IMG/VR virus record: IMGVR_UViG_3300044641_007991
Span: 10,281-74,280 of that record
Length of the DNA: 64,000 bases
Direction: 5' to 3' (one strand)
DNA from: a virus
The notes beneath the pieces are model-generated. The model did not search any database, was not told the origin of the DNA, and saw nothing but the letters and a program-made list of their open reading frames with translations. This document shows, piece by piece, positions 61,037-64,000 of the stretch (the stretch's first letter is position 1; each line of letters starts with the position of its first letter). The translations under genes and the position numbers were made by a program.

Positions 61037-61243
61037 CTAGGCTGAATAAACTTCAATTAATACAAATTGTTCAGGATAAGTGTAATCGTTATCTCTATTC
61101 CAATCTCTTAAGAAGGCTTGCATTGCACCAATTGCTGCTTCTCGATATTTAAATCCACATTCAGAATAGAGTAATTCCATATCTTCAGTAATATCAAACA
61201 TTTGATTGTTATTGAACAATTTCCAATAATACCTGATTTGCAT
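61037..61243 (-). CDS. Hypothetical protein
   Basis: GAGG RBS. Confidence 0.6.
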   Translation of the reverse strand: MQIRYYWKLFNNNQMFDITEDMELLYSECGFKYREAAIGAMQAFLRDWNRDNDYTYPEQFVLIEVYSA

Positions 61244-61364
61244 AATTATTCCTCAGTAAATAAATCAAATACAGCGTCTAAGATTTTATCCATAAACAAT
61301 AATAAAACAGCACCGATCGGCATTGCAATTAATACTAATCCAGCTTCAGTTCCATTTAACATTA

Positions 61365-61562
61365 TTATTCTCCGGTGTGATATAAACCAGAGATATTAAA
61401 TTTTGGAGCATCACCGCCAGTCATATAGGTATTAGATGTTCTACCTCTAACTTGGTGTTTGATTTTAACCTTAGCAGCGGGGATTTCTTGAATCGCGTTA
61501 CCACGCAATACATAAGCCAAGGTATCGTTTAAGAGTTGAGCGCGGATTTCTTTTTTAGTCAT
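61365..61562 (-). CDS. Hypothetical protein
   Basis: GGAGAGA RBS after a cassette. Confidence 0.6.
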   Translation of the reverse strand: MTKKEIRAQLLNDTLAYVLRGNAIQEIPAAKVKIKHQVRGRTSNTYMTGGDAPKFNISGLYHTGE

Positions 61563-61690
61563 AATATTCTCTCCAATAATCTTCGATAAAAGGAGGTCAG
61601 GGACAACCCTCAACCTATAGATCAATTTTACTAAAAACCCACCTAGAAGTCAAGCACTTTTCAACTTTTTTTAGCGCCAGCGATAAAAAA

Positions 61691-62161
61691 TTAATAATCA
61701 GTTTCATATTGAGATTCATAATCATCATAATTATAATCATGGTCGTCTAAATAACCTTCGTCATATTCTTCATCATATCCAGTCTCAATTAGAATACCAC
61801 CAAAATTAAATTTACCATGTTGAGCTGTTACGGTAAAATCTTCTGCGAAATCAATTACATGACCACCATTTAAATTAGGTAATTCTGATTCAGCAATATT
61901 TTCTACAGCGATAATACCTAAACTGCCAGAATCAACACCATATAATCTACCAACATTATCATTAAATCTGCCATCACCATATGCTGTTGAAGCTAGGAAT
62001 ATTCTTTTATTTTGTACAGTTAATTCGCCTTCAACCATATCATCTTCAGCGAACATAATAGAACATAATTCGCTCCATTCTGGGTGACAGACGTAGCAGA
62101 GATCTCCCACATAATATTGGCCAGCAGGGAATTGAGCAGTGTAAAAAGTATCACGAGCCAT
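61691..62161 (-). CDS. Conserved phage protein (YYVGDLCYV..TAYGDG..YGVDSG.LG)
   Basis: Motif; acidic tail. Confidence 0.8.
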   Translation of the reverse strand: MARDTFYTAQFPAGQYYVGDLCYVCHPEWSELCSIMFAEDDMVEGELTVQNKRIFLASTAYGDGRFNDNVGRLYGVDSGSLGIIAVENIAESELPNLNGGHVIDFAEDFTVTAQHGKFNFGGILIETGYDEEYDEGYLDDHDYNYDDYESQYETDY

Positions 62162-62531
62162 TAGAATTCTCCAAATAATTATTGTTTAATATATTCAACG
62201 TTGTTTAAATCGTTGGCATCAATATGATATAAGTAACCATTAATATAAACTAGAGCACAATTCTCAGGAATTAATACAGTTTCAACTTCATATAGAGTTA
62301 CAGCTAGGAATTTTTCAATATTGCTCATTTTAAACTCACTTTAGGTAGTCAGGATCAGTTCCCAACCTATAGATCAATTTTACTAAAGATCGGGGGAGAA
62401 AGCAAGCACTTTTGAAAATTATTTTGCTCCTGTAGATCGCGATCCTGTACGTTCCTAGAACGGCAGCTGTCGATAGCTACCTAACCAACAGCGCTGTAGA
62501 GGAGTTTTGCGATTGCAAGTTATTGATTTTA

Positions 62532-63047
62532 TTAGCCGACTAAACGGAATTTACAGCCCAGCAACGATTCTACCTCAGCAAACGTTAAATCGCGGATTTC
62601 CGGTTCGGTAGTTTCAATTGGATCTAATTGATCCGTTGGATCTAATTCTGTTAGATATTCAGTATATTCCGCTCTAGCATTTAATAAATACCAGCGATTA
62701 TGTTCAATAGAATAAAAATAATCATATTCCTCTGTAGAACGTTCTCGTGTAAATACTGTCCAATTGTTAAATACTCTGGCTGCAGTATTAGATTCACCGC
62801 GATCCCTGCCGTAATATACACAGCAATTTTCTTCCGGATCTTTAAAAGAATGTGTACCAACAGGATTAATATAATCTCCTAGAGCACTTAAATCACCATG
62901 TGAGATTAATTCCTGAGCTAATTCCGGTGTGGAATAGAATTGTTTGAGTATTCTACCATTATGTTCCGGATATGAATCCCAATGGGTATAGATTTGTTTA
63001 ATAGTTCCGTTAGGATATTGTACAGCAATTGTACCACGTGTAGCCAT
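62532..63047 (-). CDS. Conserved phage protein (MATRG.I..IYTHWDSYP..NG.IL..YYGRDRGE)
   Basis: Motif. Confidence 0.8.
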   Translation of the reverse strand: MATRGTIAVQYPNGTIKQIYTHWDSYPEHNGRILKQFYSTPELAQELISHGDLSALGDYINPVGTHSFKDPEENCCVYYGRDRGESNTAARVFNNWTVFTRERSTEEYDYFYSIEHNRWYLLNARAEYTEYLTELDPTDQLDPIETTEPEIRDLTFAEVESLLGCKFRLVG

Positions 63048-63060
63048 AAATTATTTCCTA

Positions 63061-63354
63061 TTAAAATTTTGAAAATAATGTTTTTGCTTGTTGTTTGAGT
63101 AACTCTTTGAGTATTCTATTAACTTTTGGCCAGAGACGGATTTTATCAAAAATCCCAAAATTACCCAGATATCTAGATTCATCATAGAAATTACAATACC
63201 AGAATCCACCAGCTGTCCAAATCTTAATACTAGTATTTGTTTCTTTAATCCAAAACGCACGACCGCTTAGTTGGCTAATTCCGGATATTACCCAGTTATC
63301 TGAATTATCTAACAATTGATTAATTTTGTTGAATGTAATTTTATCTAAACTCAT
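63061..63354 (-). CDS. Hypothetical protein
   Basis: AAGGAG RBS. Confidence 0.6.
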   Translation of the reverse strand: MSLDKITFNKINQLLDNSDNWVISGISQLSGRAFWIKETNTSIKIWTAGGFWYCNFYDESRYLGNFGIFDKIRLWPKVNRILKELLKQQAKTLFSKF

Positions 63355-63797
63355 TAGAAGATCTCCTTAACAATAATATCGTCTTCGTATAAATCATAAC
63401 CATTTGCTTCAACAGTATCACAGAGAATATCGTTATATTCGTCATAATAGTCAGCAACAAATGAATCAATAAACTCAACTTCCGTAGAATTTTCTTTTCT
63501 AATATAAATACCATATTTCATTTTTTCTCTCCAGAAAATTTAATTTATAACTTATTTTACTAAAATTTTAAGCTAAGGTCAAGCACTTTTTTAAAACCGT
63601 TTAACCTTAACTTCAGGATCAATTTTACTAAAAAGCGGGGTTGAAGTCAAGCACTTTTTACGCAGTTACCTAAAAAAGTTCTACGAAAGTGCTTGATTTC
63701 TTGTGTGAAAAGGAGTAGAACTGTGAACAGTTCAGAGAGCTCAATATAACGACTTGAATATTCTAGAATGGTTAAACATTCCTTCGGGATTAATCCT

Positions 63798-64000
63798 CTA
63801 CCAATCATTCTCGTCTGTTATAGTGATTACCATTTTAGTTTGGATATCTTTATTTTTTAAATCCTGTAGCTTTGTGGGGATTATTAAATTAGTTATCTTA
63901 CCAATTCCCGCTACATGCTCAACTGATATCTCACAATAATGCGCTTCTGGGAATAAGGAAAGGATATCCTGGATTTTTGAAAATTCTGCGCGCTCTAATA
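63798..64000 (-). CDS. 3' end of a hypothetical protein cut by the window edge
   Basis: ...PEAHYCEISVEHVAGIGKITNL...TITDENDW*. Confidence 0.55.
   Translation of the reverse strand, partial: LERAEFSKIQDILSLFPEAHYCEISVEHVAGIGKITNLIIPTKLQDLKNKDIQTKMVITITDENDW

Noticed and set aside
62431-62460. Seventh copy of the HEG leader (TGTAGATCGCGAT matches copy B)
   Set aside because: The complementary P2'/P1' strands, the late promoter and a downstream HEG are all absent.

Overview
AT-rich segment of a large T4-like (myovirus/jumbo-type) phage genome. The host is probably gammaproteobacterial, inferred from the GroEL sequence and sigma70-type early promoters; T4-type late promoters (TATAAATA) are also present. 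1-8.5 kb (+ strand): an envelope module with curli-like CsgF, CsgG and a curlin-repeat protein, FecR, a secreted nuclease and a CHASE2 class III cyclase. 8.5-28 kb (- strand): GroEL/GroES, a circularly permuted two-piece tmRNA, an exonuclease, a macro domain, a DNA ligase fractured by a split intein, UvsE, thioredoxin, a NAMPT-like/PRS-like NAD pair and two RNA ligases. 28-64 kb (- strand): more than 80 small early ORFs separated by about 35 copies of a promoter/stem-loop cassette. Seven free-standing homing endonuclease genes (HEGs) lie on the + strand. Main unexplained signals: (1) one covarying RNA leader shared by six HEGs from different nuclease families; (2) a ~500-nt non-coding array of hairpins with GGAGAG loops at 52.65-53.15 kb that matches the phage's own early RBS; (3) four different ways host genes survive HEG insertion (split intein, intein-less fracture, 3' replacement, 5' replacement); (4) a tRNA-like leader + coiled-coil ORF + structured trailer unit at 34.6-35.6 kb. 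All family assignments come from motif recognition by eye; no searches were run.
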